This document shows, piece after piece, positions 1 through 10,582 of a DNA stretch of 64,000 nucleotides. The notes under the pieces are model-generated. The model searched no databases. It worked only from the letters and a program-made list of their open reading frames with translations, and was not told the DNA's origin. The DNA lies in NCBI RefSeq assembly GCF_000372725.1, contig NW_005201851.1, positions 405,179 to 469,178 on the forward strand, written 5' to 3'. The DNA comes from Emiliania huxleyi CCMP1516. Its lineage: Eukaryota. How positions within the stretch are numbered: position 1 is the first letter of the stretch; each line of letters starts with the position of its first letter. The position numbers and the translations under genes were made by a program.

Positions 1-743
1 GTGGGGGAGGAGGAGTCGTCGATGGAGTCGTCGATGGAGGAGAAGCAGCCGGGCAGCGGAGTGGGTAGCCCCTTTGACGCGCGGCGGATCATCCTCCGGA
101 CGGAGGCGTTGTCGTGCTCGAGTGCGATGAAGGAGATGGAGTCGTCCGAGGCGCAGGTCGTCCTCGAGGCGTTCGACACCTCGGAGCCGCCGGAGCGGAA
201 GAGGAAGGAGGGAGACGCGGCGCGGCGCGGCGACGGAGTGCTAGGTGTGGTGGGCTGGCGCGGGCTTCCCAGGCCGATGCTCGACGAGCGGCGCGGGCTG
301 CCGGCTGAGCCCATGCTAGAGCGACGGCGCATGACCTCGTCGCCACCTCGAGCCAGGAGCAGGGCCACCATGTCCTCGCCGGACTCCTCGAGCTCGGCGG
401 CCATGTGAATCGGCGTCATGCGGTAGACGTCCGGAAGGCCAATCTCTCTGCACGGAGTCTGCCTCGTAAGGACTTCGACGGCTTGCAAATGCCCGTGAGA
501 GACAGCGACATGCAAGGCCGTCTGCCCGTCCGTGTCTACCGCATCCGCTCGCGCGCCCATGGAAAGCAGGAACGCCAGCTGAGCTGCCTCGCCGCGCTCC
601 GCCGCCTCGTGCAACGGCGTGGAGCCCAGATGAAGAGCGTCGCCGCGCTCCGCCGCCTCATGCCCAGCCTCGTGAGGCGGCGTGATGGCAGCCTCGGCGA
701 GCGGCGCAAGACGAGCAGAGGCGCTTGCCATGGCAGCTTCCAT
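1..743 (-). CDS. Ankyrin-repeat protein, copy 1 (3' end runs off the window)
   Basis: 1-1008 is nearly identical to 2223-3230 (offset 2222), with the same ankyrin motifs TPLHEAAERG, GQTALHVAVSHGHLQAVEVL. Confidence 0.7.
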   Translation of the reverse strand, partial: MEAAMASASARLAPLAEAAITPPHEAGHEAAERGDALHLGSTPLHEAAERGEAAQLAFLLSMGARADAVDTDGQTALHVAVSHGHLQAVEVLTRQTPCREIGLPDVYRMTPIHMAAELEESGEDMVALLLARGGDEVMRRRSSMGSAGSPRRSSSIGLGSPRQPTTPSTPSPRRAASPSFLFRSGGSEVSNASRTTCASDDSISFIALEHDNASVRRMIRRASKGLPTPLPGCFSSIDDSIDDSSSP

Positions 744-1108
744 ATCAGGATCGAGACTGTAAAGCCGAGCACCGACAGCCGCCCCGGGCCCCCCCCACTC
801 TGAAACGCCGTCAAAAACGCTTTGAATGACCCGGTTTGCTGAATCCGACCAGCGCTCTACGCTCGTCGGTGGCGGCTTCCCTCAACCTGCGCCGCGCTCG
901 GCGAACCTCGACAGCGCCTTCGGTGGCATGCAGCTCATTGCGACAGAAGCCTGGAGAGCAGCTCCTCTGCTGCTCACACGCTCTGCAGTCTGCACAGACG
1001 TGTGAGTGNNNNNNNNNNNNNNNNNNNNNNNNNNNNNNNNNNNNNNNNNNNNNNNNNNNNNNNNNNNNNNNNNNNNNNNNNNNNNNNNNNNNNNNNNNNN
1101 NNNNNNNN

Positions 1109-1646
1109 GACCTCTCCTCCTTCCGCGGCGCCCTCATGGACGGCGTTTGGATGGACCTGTCGCAGGGACGATCCTCCTTCCGCGACGGCCCAGCTCACGT
1201 TTCCGTATGAGTGGCTCTCTAGGCGTCCAGATGGACAAGACTCGCGCTGTCCGCACCGACTTCAACCGCGCCTCCCTCCGCGGCGCAGAGCTGGTCGGTT
1301 GCCAGTTCTCCCGCTCCGACGCCCGCTTCGCCGACTTCACGAGCGCCGACCTGACCGGGGCCGACTTCACGGGGGCCCTGCTCTACCGCGCGGTCTTCCG
1401 CAAGGCCGACATCACCGACAGCAGCTTCAGGCGCCCGCCGCACACACGACACGCCAGTGTGTGTAGCGTGCAGGGGTGCACGCGCTCCTTGTGTGCCGAT
1501 CCCTAACCTTGCCTCATAGGCTCGTGAGGTATCACGAGGCGGACTTTGCGGGGGTCATCGGGCTGGCGACGGCAGACTTCATGGACTCGCGGGGGATTCC
1601 AAAGGGCATGCCAAAGACGACCACAGTCTCGAGCTGGCGAGGATAG
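1109..1646 (+). CDS. Pentapeptide-repeat protein (3' part, spliced; 5' end lies in the gap)
   Basis: A(D/N)LXX-type repeats TDFNR ASLRG AELVG CQFSR SDARF ADFTS ADLTG ADFTG ALLYR AVFRK ADITD. Probable last exon LVRYHEADFAGVIGLATADFMDS...SWRG*. Confidence 0.75.
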
Positions 1647-1991
1647 CTTCCACATAGCGCGCAGGCTCCACAGGCAGCGCGCACCCAATCAATACCGCGC
1701 ATTGACATGTGCGGTGTTCGGGTCTCAGAGCTCTCACGCCCATTTTTCATGCACTCATGCACAATAAAAAGTGCTACACCCTACAGCTACACGGCTCACG
1801 CGTCACGGCTCACGTCGTCACTGTGTGCACATACAAGATACGTACATACCGTATAAACTAATACTGGCACACCTGCCCCCGGCCCGGCTGCCGGGTGCCG
1901 CGCACGCCGCACGCCGCACGGCCACGTGCAGCCTGCACATCGTCGTCCCCCACTCTTTCTCTACACTACATTAACGTTGGACAAATCACCG

Positions 1992-2965
1992 TCACTCGTT
2001 AGTGACGATGGCTGCGACCGCGGCGTGGACGGCGTCCTCGAGCTCGTTAGTCAGCTCACACCCCTCGAGGTCGCCCTCGAGGTCGACGGCCCCCGTCGCC
2101 GAGTTGGAGCGGCGGAGCTTCACCTCCTGCAGCGAGGCGCCTGCAAGAGAGCCAGGGGGAAATCAGCCCGGCAGTGCTGTGCACGACGGGGCACGGGGGG
2201 CATGGACCGGCCACCTCGGGGAGTGGGGGAGGAGGAGTCGTCGATGGAGTCGTCGATGGAGGAGAAGCAGCCGGGCAGCGGAGTGGGTAGCCCCTTTGAC
2301 GCGCGGCGGATCATCCTCCGGACGGAGGCGTTGTCGTGCTCGAGTGCGATGAAGGAGATGGAGTCGTCCGAGGCGCAGGTCGTCCTCGAGGCGTTCGACA
2401 CCTCGGAGCCGCCGGAGCGGAAGAGGAAGGAGGGAGACGCGGCGCGGCGCGGCGACGGAGTGCTAGGTGTGGTGGGCTGGCGCGGGCTTCCCAGGCCGAT
2501 GCTCGACGAGCGGCGCGGGCTGCCGGCTGAGCCCATGCTAGAGCGACGGCGCATGACCTCGTCGCCACCTCGAGCCAGGAGCAGGGCCACCATGTCCTCG
2601 CCGGACTCCTCGAGCTCGGCGGCCATGTGAATCGGCGTCATGCGGTAGACGTCCGGAAGGCCAATCTCTCTGCACGGAGTCTGCCTCGTAAGGACTTCGA
2701 CGGCTTGCAAATGCCCGTGAGAGACAGCGACATGCAGGGCCGTCTGCCCGTCCGAGTCTACCGCATCCGCTCGCGCGCCCGTGGAAAGCAGAAACGCCAG
2801 CTGAGCTGACTCGCCGCGCTCCGCCGCCTCGTGCAACGGCGTGGAGCCCAGATGAAGAGCGTCGCCGCGCTCCGCCGCCTCATGCCCAGCCTCGTGAGGC
2901 GGCGTGATGGCAGCCTCGGCGAGCGGCGCAAGACGAGCAGAGGCGCTTGCCATGGCAGCTTCCAT
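1992..2965 (-). CDS. Ankyrin-repeat protein, copy 2 (2 exons, intron 2141-2214)
   Basis: Three ankyrin motifs (STPLHEAAERG, GQTALHVAVSHG, MTPIHMAAE) and a Ser-rich tail. A GT-AG intron restores the frame to ...DAVHAAVAAIVTNE*. Confidence 0.8.
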
Positions 2966-3080
2966 ATCAGGATCGAGACTGTAAAGCCGAGCACCGACAG
3001 CCGCCCCGGGCCCCCCCCACTCTGAAACGCCGTCAAAAACGCTTTGAATGACCCGGTTTGCTGAATCCGACCAGCGCTCT

Positions 3081-3596
3081 ACGCTCGTCGGTGGCGGCTT
3101 CCCTCAACCTGCGCCGCGCTCGGCGAACCTCGACAGCGCCTTCGGTGGCATGCAGCTCATTGCGACAGAAGCCTGGAGAGCAGCTCCTCTGCTGCTCACA
3201 CGCTCTGCAGTCTGCACAGACGTGTGAGTGTTAGAGTTGTTTGTTTATTGCTAAAAATCTCTCTCTCTCTCATTGCACAGATGGCACAGCCTACTGTGCG
3301 GCTGCCACAGCTGTGACAGCGATGGGCTCGCCCTCACTGGCCCTCAGTCACTTGTGCTGCGGCTTGTGTGAGCGACACTGCTCGGCGACTGCCGGCACAC
3401 TGTGAGACCATGGGTGTGAGGTAAAACCACGCTACCAGCGCTTGGTCACATATCGGCCCCGAGGTCAGATCCTTCTACTCTGTTCGTCTGTTGTTGACAA
3501 GAAACTTGTCTACTCGGTACTCGCTCGAGCCGAGCAGGAGGGCCTGGCGCACACAGCCCCTGTGGCTGTGCAACTCAGGGTCCACTCTCCACACCA
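3081..3596 (+). repeat. Long inverted repeat, left arm (partner 7978-8390; partial third copy ~859-1008)
   Basis: Reverse complement of 7978-8390 aligns, e.g. ccatgggtgtgaggtaaaaccacgctaccagcgcttggtcaca. Confidence 0.85.
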
Positions 3597-3756
3597 GGTC
3601 ACCACATCCCGTACTTTTACAGACGGCGCATGATAAAAGATAATAATTATATATATGCAAAAAAAACGCAGGACGCAGCGAGCCACGAGAGATGCACGCC
3701 CAGGACTACATGCGACAGAACAACAACACAAACAGCGCCGACCCACAGCGCGCGTC

Positions 3757-4278
3757 TCACAGCACCCTCTCGGTATCCCTCCCCTCGCGCACAACCACCC
3801 GCACGTCGGGACTGAGCTCGAGCTCGCTCAAGTCGTAGCACTCCTCCCCGTGCTCCCCGTGCGGGTTGCCGAGCCCCTGCCCTCCGCCCGCCTGCCGCTC
3901 CGACACAAAGACAACATCGGGGTCGAGGATCCGCGTGACCGAGGAGATGGGTGCCGGCGCCGCCTCCTCGTCGTGCAGCAGCACACGCACGCCGTCGTCC
4001 TCGCTGCTCGCACACAGAGGACGGATGTGCGGATCGGGCTCCACCACGCTGTGGTGGACGTAGACGCCGAGGCGACGCTCGCCCTCAGACACAAACTCGA
4101 CGCAAGTGAGCCCGTCCTCGTACCACCCGTCGTCCCATTCGGCGGGCGCGTAGGCGACAGGCGAAGCGCGCGGCGCGGCAACCGCGGAGCGCAGCAGCGG
4201 CGCGGCAACCGTGGAGCACAGTGGCGAGAGCGAAGGCCACGTGGGACAACTCAGCGCGACAGCAAGGTGGAGCTGCAT
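3757..4278 (-). CDS. Hypothetical protein, possibly with signal/plastid-targeting presequence
   Basis: Hydrophobic then Ala/Ser/Arg-rich N-terminus, acidic globular-looking body with a GLGNPHGEHGEE motif, GC3-rich codons. Confidence 0.6.
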   Translation of the reverse strand: MQLHLAVALSCPTWPSLSPLCSTVAAPLLRSAVAAPRASPVAYAPAEWDDGWYEDGLTCVEFVSEGERRLGVYVHHSVVEPDPHIRPLCASSEDDGVRVLLHDEEAAPAPISSVTRILDPDVVFVSERQAGGGQGLGNPHGEHGEECYDLSELELSPDVRVVVREGRDTERVL

Positions 4279-4877
4279 ACACATATCCAGCACAAAAATG
4301 CGCTAACCGGGGTTCGGACTTTTTGCGGGGTATGGTATGGTAGGGTCGGCGCCCTGGCGCCGCGACCATACCCCCCCACGCGCAGAGGACGTCCCCTGTG
4401 GCGAGCAGGACCATACCCCCNNNNNNNNNNNNNNNNNNNNNNNNNNNNNNNNNNNNNNNNNNNNNNNNNNNNNNNNNNNNNNNNNNNNNNNNNNNNNNNN
4501 NNNNNNNNNNNNNNNNNNNNAAGGGAGAAGAGGAATGGGGGGAAAGAGAAAGGGTCCGGTTTAAGGGAAAAGGGCGCCGAAAAGGGCGCGCTCATCCGTT
4601 TCACCCCAGTCGACCCCAGCTGAAGGATGAGCGGCGAGGCCGGGGAGGAGCTGGATACACCGGCCGCTCGCATCATGGCGCGTCGCGAGAGCCGCGCCGC
4701 GATGCCGGACCGGCTCAAGGTGGCGGCGCCGGACGACAGCTCGGATGAGGAGTGGAACGGAGACGACGACGAGGATGAGGAGGAGGACGGTCGCGTTTAC
4801 TTGGACGCGTCGAAGTATGGCCGCGTGCGCTTGCACGCGGTGCAAGGAGCTGCGCAGTCGTCAAAGAGAAAGGAAAG

Positions 4878-5152
4878 GAAAACAGACGGGGTGCGAGAGG
4901 CAAACTGTGTTCAGCCCAAACGGGAGGAGTGCGTCCGTTACACGCCCAACGAGTAGGGGGTAGGGGTAGGGGGTGACGCCCAACCCCCCGAAAAGCAAAA
5001 CAAAACAGACGGGGTGCGAGAGGCAAACCTGCGAAAGCCCAAGGCAGAAACAAAGGAAAGGAAAAAAAGGAGGAAAACACTGGATTCCCCAAACACGATT
5101 TGTGCGAGTATAAAGGAAAGGAAAACAGACGGGGTGCGAGAGGCAAACTGTG
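4878..5152 (+). repeat. Three spaced copies of AAACAGACGGGGTGCGAGAGGCAAAC
   Basis: Copies at ~4880, ~5003 and ~5123 (about 120-bp spacing) in an A-rich non-coding stretch. Confidence 0.85.
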
Positions 5153-6199
5153 CTCATCCCAATGCGCTTCTTTCTTAGCTCCCCGGCCCTGGATGTGAGG
5201 TTACTGACTGCACTCCAAGTGCTCCAAGGGCGGCAACACACCCATCAAGCTACAGATCAACGGAGGGGCTGCGCCGTGACCTACAGAGAGTCAGCTCAGC
5301 GGCGCTTGGGAACGACCAACCCGTAGAGATCAAACCCATGGCCGTGGGGGGTGACTCGAGCCCGGTGAGGGAGAACAGAAGCTCAGTCAGCCCCAGCCTG
5401 GGTGACAAATCTTGGTGCACACGTGACCAACTGTGTGGGGCCGAGGAGGGCGGTGGCGGGGGGACACGCCCCCCGGCCTAGTCCGTCCGAGACGTTGGTG
5501 ATAACGGGCTTGCTCCCAATAGTGGACGGGGGTCCTCTGGGCGGCCGCAGATGCCAGGCAGTGGCAACAGCTGCAGTCGGGGAAGGAGATGAGACCGCCC
5601 TTAACCCGGCTGATGGAAGCCCCATGGTCGAGGTGGCACGCCTAATGGCGGGAGAACCGCCTCCTGCGGGCCACGAGATGTAGACTAACGGGGCGATCAG
5701 ATGGGCGCAAACGGTGCCGAGGGGCTGTGGAGCGGTCGTCATGATTGACGAGATCGCCGTCTCCAGGTCGTTCGGGGCCGAGGCTGTTATCGTCGACGTG
5801 CACACCACGTAGGGGAGGAAACGGTGTGGGCTCACGGCTGACTCCACGCTGGGGCAGACACCTGGCGGGAGGACCTCGCGGTTATGCTAGCCGTACCAGG
5901 CCCGACGGGGGGGCCATGTGACACACGAGCTGATGGTGGCCTCCCTCGCCCTCCCGGTGAAAGCTCTAGTGAATGGCCCGGGGGAGGCAGTAGTGGATCG
6001 GACGGAGAGGTCCTACTGTCGGCCGACGTGGCCCGACTGAGTCGATACAATGACGAGGTGGCCACGTGAGGCGAGCAGGTAGGAGGTAGCAGGACGCGAA
6101 GAGCAGAGCCCAAAGAAAAGAACAAAAGGGAAAAGGGAAACGACAGTCTGCTGGGGACGCGTCCACAGCTCGTGGGTGCGTCCTGTCTACACGCCACCA

Positions 6200-7102
6200 A
6201 TGCCTGCCCTCATGATCATGACGACGCTCCCCGCGACCTCGTACCTGCACGGCGGCTTCCACCCGCTCGTGCGCGCGCCGCACTTCGCGCCAGCGCCGCT
6301 CTACTCCCTCTCCGACTTGATGCTCGACCGCCGCCCATCCTTCCACCGCCTCCTTTCGCGTCCGCCCGAGCACTGGTTCGAGGGCGTCGCCTCCTTGGCC
6401 GAGTCGCTACGCCACCACGCTCAAGCTCACTGGACCGATCTCGGCGACGCGGTCGAGCTCAAGCTCGCCGTGCCGGCCAGCGGTGAGGTCGAGGTGATTG
6501 CGCCGGACCCGGACGTCTCTGAGCTCCGGATCATGGCCACGGGAGGAGATGAGCGTGGCGTCAAGTGGTCCAAGACCGTCGCGCTCGACCTGCCCTTCGA
6601 CCTGAAAGACGTGAGTGACGTGAAGGCCAGCCGGGACGGCGGCGTGCTGACGCTCCTGGTCGCCAAGTCGGCCGCGGCGCCTCCGGAGCCTGAGCCTGAG
6701 CCGCCCGTCCCTGTCCGCATCGAAGTCAAGGAGGCGCCGAAGGCGGCACCGGAGGCGGCGCCCGAAGACGGCACGGCGGCCGAGGCTGCCCGGCTCGCGA
6801 GGGCCAAGGAGGAGGAGCAAGCTCTCGAGGCCAAGTTTGGGTCGCTTCCCAAGAAGGAGGAGGAGCCGGCGGCCAAGCCTGAGGCCAAGCCTGAGGCGGA
6901 CGCCGATGCGAAGGAGGCGGCAGACAAGGCCAAAGAGATCGAGGCGAAGGAGGCGGCAGACAAGGCCAAGGAGATCGAGGCAAAGGAGGCCGCAGACAAG
7001 GCCAAGGAGATCGAGGCGAAGGAGGCGGCAGACAAGGCCAAGGAGATCGAGGCGCTGGAGGCGAAGCTGGCGCAGCTCAAGGGCTCGGCCTCGGCTGCCT
7101 GA
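6200..7102 (+). CDS. Small heat-shock protein (HSP20/alpha-crystallin-like) with 12-aa repeat tail
   Basis: WTDLGDAVELKLAVP...WSKTVALDLP...VKASRDGGVLTLLVAK fits the alpha-crystallin strand pattern. Tail is (AKEAADKAKEIE)x4, a 36-bp repeat at ~6908-7054. Confidence 0.7.
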   Translation: MPALMIMTTLPATSYLHGGFHPLVRAPHFAPAPLYSLSDLMLDRRPSFHRLLSRPPEHWFEGVASLAESLRHHAQAHWTDLGDAVELKLAVPASGEVEVIAPDPDVSELRIMATGGDERGVKWSKTVALDLPFDLKDVSDVKASRDGGVLTLLVAKSAAAPPEPEPEPPVPVRIEVKEAPKAAPEAAPEDGTAAEAARLARAKEEEQALEAKFGSLPKKEEEPAAKPEAKPEADADAKEAADKAKEIEAKEAADKAKEIEAKEAADKAKEIEAKEAADKAKEIEALEAKLAQLKGSASAA

Positions 7103-7977
7103 GCCAGCACTCTTGGTGCGACAGAAGAACGCGGCTAGAGGGAGAGCAAGCGGAGAGAGGGGAAGAGGCGTTTCCCCTTGGGATTGTGGGCCATTTAGTA
7201 GGCAGCGTGCAGTAGAGGCGCAGGGCTCGATGAGAGAAAATAGAGTCACAGACAACGTCAGAGTACGACTTTAGTCAGTAGGGCAGTGCCATTTCACTCT
7301 GACACGCTAATCTTGAAAACGTCTCCAACGGAGCTCCGTGTCGCTTCCAGCGCCCTCCCCCGCGCTCCCTGCGGCCATGGCCGATGATCCTAGGAAGAGA
7401 GGTCATCCGGCTACCGCGAGAGCGACCCAACTCGTCGACATCGTCCGATGATGGTGCCGCAAAGTCAGCCTTCGGAGGCTATCGTGGCGTCGAGCCGGCA
7501 GTAGCCGTGACATGTGGTTCCACCACCCCTCGTAGGCTTTGCCTCTGACCGCCACCGTTCCCAGGCTACCTTATGGGATGGAAAGGAAGGCTCGGCGAGC
7601 GTATAGAAGCGTGCTCGACCTCGTCGTGGCAACCTGTATGGCAGCGCTGGTAGGCGCGATGAGCGTCGTGCCACCTGACCCGAGACGGGTCGCAGGCGTC
7701 GTACCGAGCGCGTCGAGAACGTGTCCTGATGTGATCTGCACGGGTGAGTCACGTCGGCGTCAAAGGAGCGACGTGCGACCTGTCAGAGCTTGATCTCCGA
7801 TCTCAGCGGCGTCGAGTCTCGTCTCCGGCGCGCAAGCCCGTCCACTCGGCGGGGTCGCAGCTGCCTCTGGAAGGCACCGAGAGGTACATTTTTCGCGCAA
7901 TGGTCAAAATCAAGGTTTTGTAACGCGGGCTGTGCCACAGTGAAATTGGCACTAGGACTAGCCTAGAGTAATTTACG

Positions 7978-8390
7978 GGGTGTGGAGGGTGAGTTGAACC
8001 CGGGTTGTGCGCCGGGCCCTCCTGCTCGGCTCCAGCCGGTAGACAAGTCTTGTCATCAACAGAGTAGATGGATCTGACCTCGGGGCCGATGTGACCAAGC
8101 GCTGGTAGCGTGGTTTTACCTCACACCCATGGTCTCACAGTGTGCCGGCAGTCGCCGAGCAGTGTCGCTCACACAAGCCGCAGCACAAGTGACTGAGGGC
8201 CAGTGAGGGCGAGCCCATCGCTGTCACAGCTGTGGCAGCCGCACAGTAGGCTGTGTCAGCTGTGCAGAGTGTGTGAGCAGCAGAGGAGCTGCTCTCCAGG
8301 CTTCTGTCGCAAAGAGCTGCATGCCACCGAAAGCGCTGTCGAGGTTCGCCGAGCGCGGCGCAGGTTGGGGGACACCATCACCGACGAACG
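7978..8390 (-). repeat. Long inverted repeat, right arm
   Basis: Inverted copy of 3081-3596. Confidence 0.85.
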
Positions 8391-8691
8391 CGTTGGACTT
8401 TTCACTCCGGACAAAGACGGCCACACGCACACGAGCTGCGGTCGTGTGGCCGTCATAGCGGCGAGGCGCGGGACCGTCTGTGGCGAGGTGGGTCGCGTCC
8501 CCCGATTATGTTCAACCCAGCATCCACACCCTTTACAGAGAGCACTCTCGTTTTGAGTCAGAGGACAGAGCTGCGACCCAGACGCACTCTCGGGAGACAT
8601 CACACGCGTGAGTGTATCAACAGCTGTGTGAACACACAAGGCGTCGAACTGGCGTTGATTCTTTGTGGTTTAAAAAAAGACCCGCAGTCAT

Positions 8692-10421
8692 TCAGGGCAG
8701 CGCTCCGAGCTGCTTCATCGCCGCCGCGAACTCGTCGTAGGAGGAGCTGTCCGGCGCCGCGCCGCCGCTCGCCGCCTCGGCGGGAGGGGCGGGCTGCTCC
8801 GGCTGAGCGGCTGCCGCGGCGGGCGCCCTCCCCTCTGGCTGCGGGAGCGCCGCCTCGGGCTCGAAGGGGGCAGAGGCGACGGGGACCGGCCGCGGCCTCG
8901 CCACTGCAGGCCGTTGCACGCGGACCGCCGTCGGCATCATCTGCGGGCGCAAGCTGGCCGGCAGCGCCTTGCGTTGCGGCGGCAGCTTCGGGCCTTGCTG
9001 CGGCTCGCTGACCAGCTGGGGCTCGCGCTGGACTTGCAGCGCTGGCTGCGGCGCCGGCTGCATCTGCATCTGGCCCTGCATCTGCTGCTGCGGTTGTTGC
9101 TGCTGCGGCTGCGACGGCGGCGGCTGCTGCATCTGCAAGTGTGGCGGCGGCTGCTGCATCGGCCCCTGCCCCGCGTTCCAAGTGTGGCTCGCCGGCGCGA
9201 GCCCTGCAGCTGCAGCCATCCCTGCAGCTGCAGCCAGCCCTGCAGCTGCAGCCATCCCCGCGGCGTGTGGCGGGAGACCGGCCGGCGGGCCGGGAGGGGC
9301 GCCTGTTCACAGCGGGTAGGCGTGAAGACGCGGCGTGGTCTCGGGCCGAGCCGCCAGCCCTCGGCGCACCGGGAGGCGCACCGGGAGGCGCACCGGGAGG
9401 CGGGCCAGGCGGCGGGCCGGGAGGCGGCCGGCCGACGTTCGGCGGCACGCCGAGCGGCTGGCCGGGCGGAGGACCGGGCGGAGGCCCAGGCGGGAGGCGC
9501 GCGGCAGTCGGCGGCGGCGCGCCAGGAGGAGGCCCAGGCGGGAGGCGAGCGCTACTCGGCGGCGGGCCTGGCGGCGGGCCTGGCGGCGGGCCTGGCGGGA
9601 GCCGTGCAGCCTTTGTTGGCGGCGCGCCGGGCGGCGGGCCAGGCGGCACTCGCGCGGCGTTCGGCGGCGGCGCGCCGGGCGGAGGCCCGGGGGGCACCTT
9701 GCGGGCGGGCAGAGCGACTCCGGGCGGCAGGTCCTCCTCCTCCTCCTGTTCACACCCGCACGGCGTGAACGGCGCCTCTTTCACGGCTCGGGCGGGCAGG
9801 CCCTCCTCTGCCTCGCAGGCGGCGGCGGCTGGCGAGGCGGCGGGCGGCGCCGCCTCGGCGGGCGGCGGCGCGGCGGCGGGCGACGGCCCGGCGGCGGGCT
9901 CGAGCTGCGGCCTCTTCCACGATGTCTCCTTGCTCACCGTGTGGTGGTAGTACGTCCTCCCGTCCNNNNNNNNNNNNNNNNNNNNNNNNNNNNNNNNNNN
10001 NNNNNNNNNNNNNNNNNNNNNNNNNNNNNNNNNNNNNNNNNNNNNNNNNNNNNNNNNNNNNNNNNNNNNNNNNNNNNNNNNNNNNNNNNNNNNNNNNNNN
10101 NNNNNNNNNNNNNNNNNNNNNNNNNNNNNNNNNNNNNNNNNNNNNNNNNNNNNNNNNNNNNNNNNNNNNNNNNNNNNNNNNNNNNNNNNNNNNNNNNNNN
10201 NNNNNNNNNNNCTTGATCTTGGCGTTGGTGCCACTCGCCTCACGCAGGTCCTGCCGGCTATTCAGCTTGTTGATCTCCGAATGCAGCGCCTTTGGGTCCG
10301 CCTTGTACTGCGCCTCCTTGCGCTCGTCGCGTTGCTTCTTGATCTTGGCGGCGAGCTTCTTCTTCTCCTCCTTGCGGTGCGCCGAGACGGGGTCCATCGC
10401 GAGCTTGTCCTTCTTGCCCAT
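8692..10421 (-). CDS. WBP11: WW-domain-binding protein 11 (NpwBP)-like splicing factor with an internal WW domain; spans N-gap; intron 9303-9369
   Basis: N-term MDPVSAHRKEEKKKLAAKIKKQR...ADPKAL resembles the Wbp11 domain; PPGPPPG repeats; C-term YDEFAAAMKQLGAL; WW half DGRTYYHHTVSKETSWKRP. Confidence 0.75.
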
Positions 10422-10582
10422 GGCTCTCTGCGGATCGCTCGGTGCGAGGTGTGCGGCCGGCAGGCAGCAAAAAAGACTTTTTAATGCGCGTCTCTTTTCT
10501 TTTCGCAGGCGGCGGCGCGGCAAATCCCGCGGGGTGGGCAGCGATTTCGGGCCTGGGGTTGTGCGTTTGAGTGAGCCAGCCG

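Larger units (their letters stand above)
1..3230. repeat. Near-identical ~1 kb direct duplication (1-1008 and 2223-3230)
   Basis: Base-for-base match apart from a few SNPs; copy 1 ends at an N-gap. Confidence 0.9.

Noticed and set aside
1..3230. Ankyrin gene duplication as a true tandem gene family
   Set aside because: Near-identical and bounded by an N-gap; more likely an uncollapsed allele or assembly artefact.
4627..4956. Acidic ORF next to a gap
   Set aside because: No recognisable domain and it runs into repeats; cannot be supported.
4878..5152. CRISPR-like array from three spaced 26-bp repeats
   Set aside because: Eukaryotic context, ~95-bp partly similar spacers, no cas genes.
5160..6170. 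Possible retroelement relic
   Set aside because: No RT, integrase or gag motif recognised.
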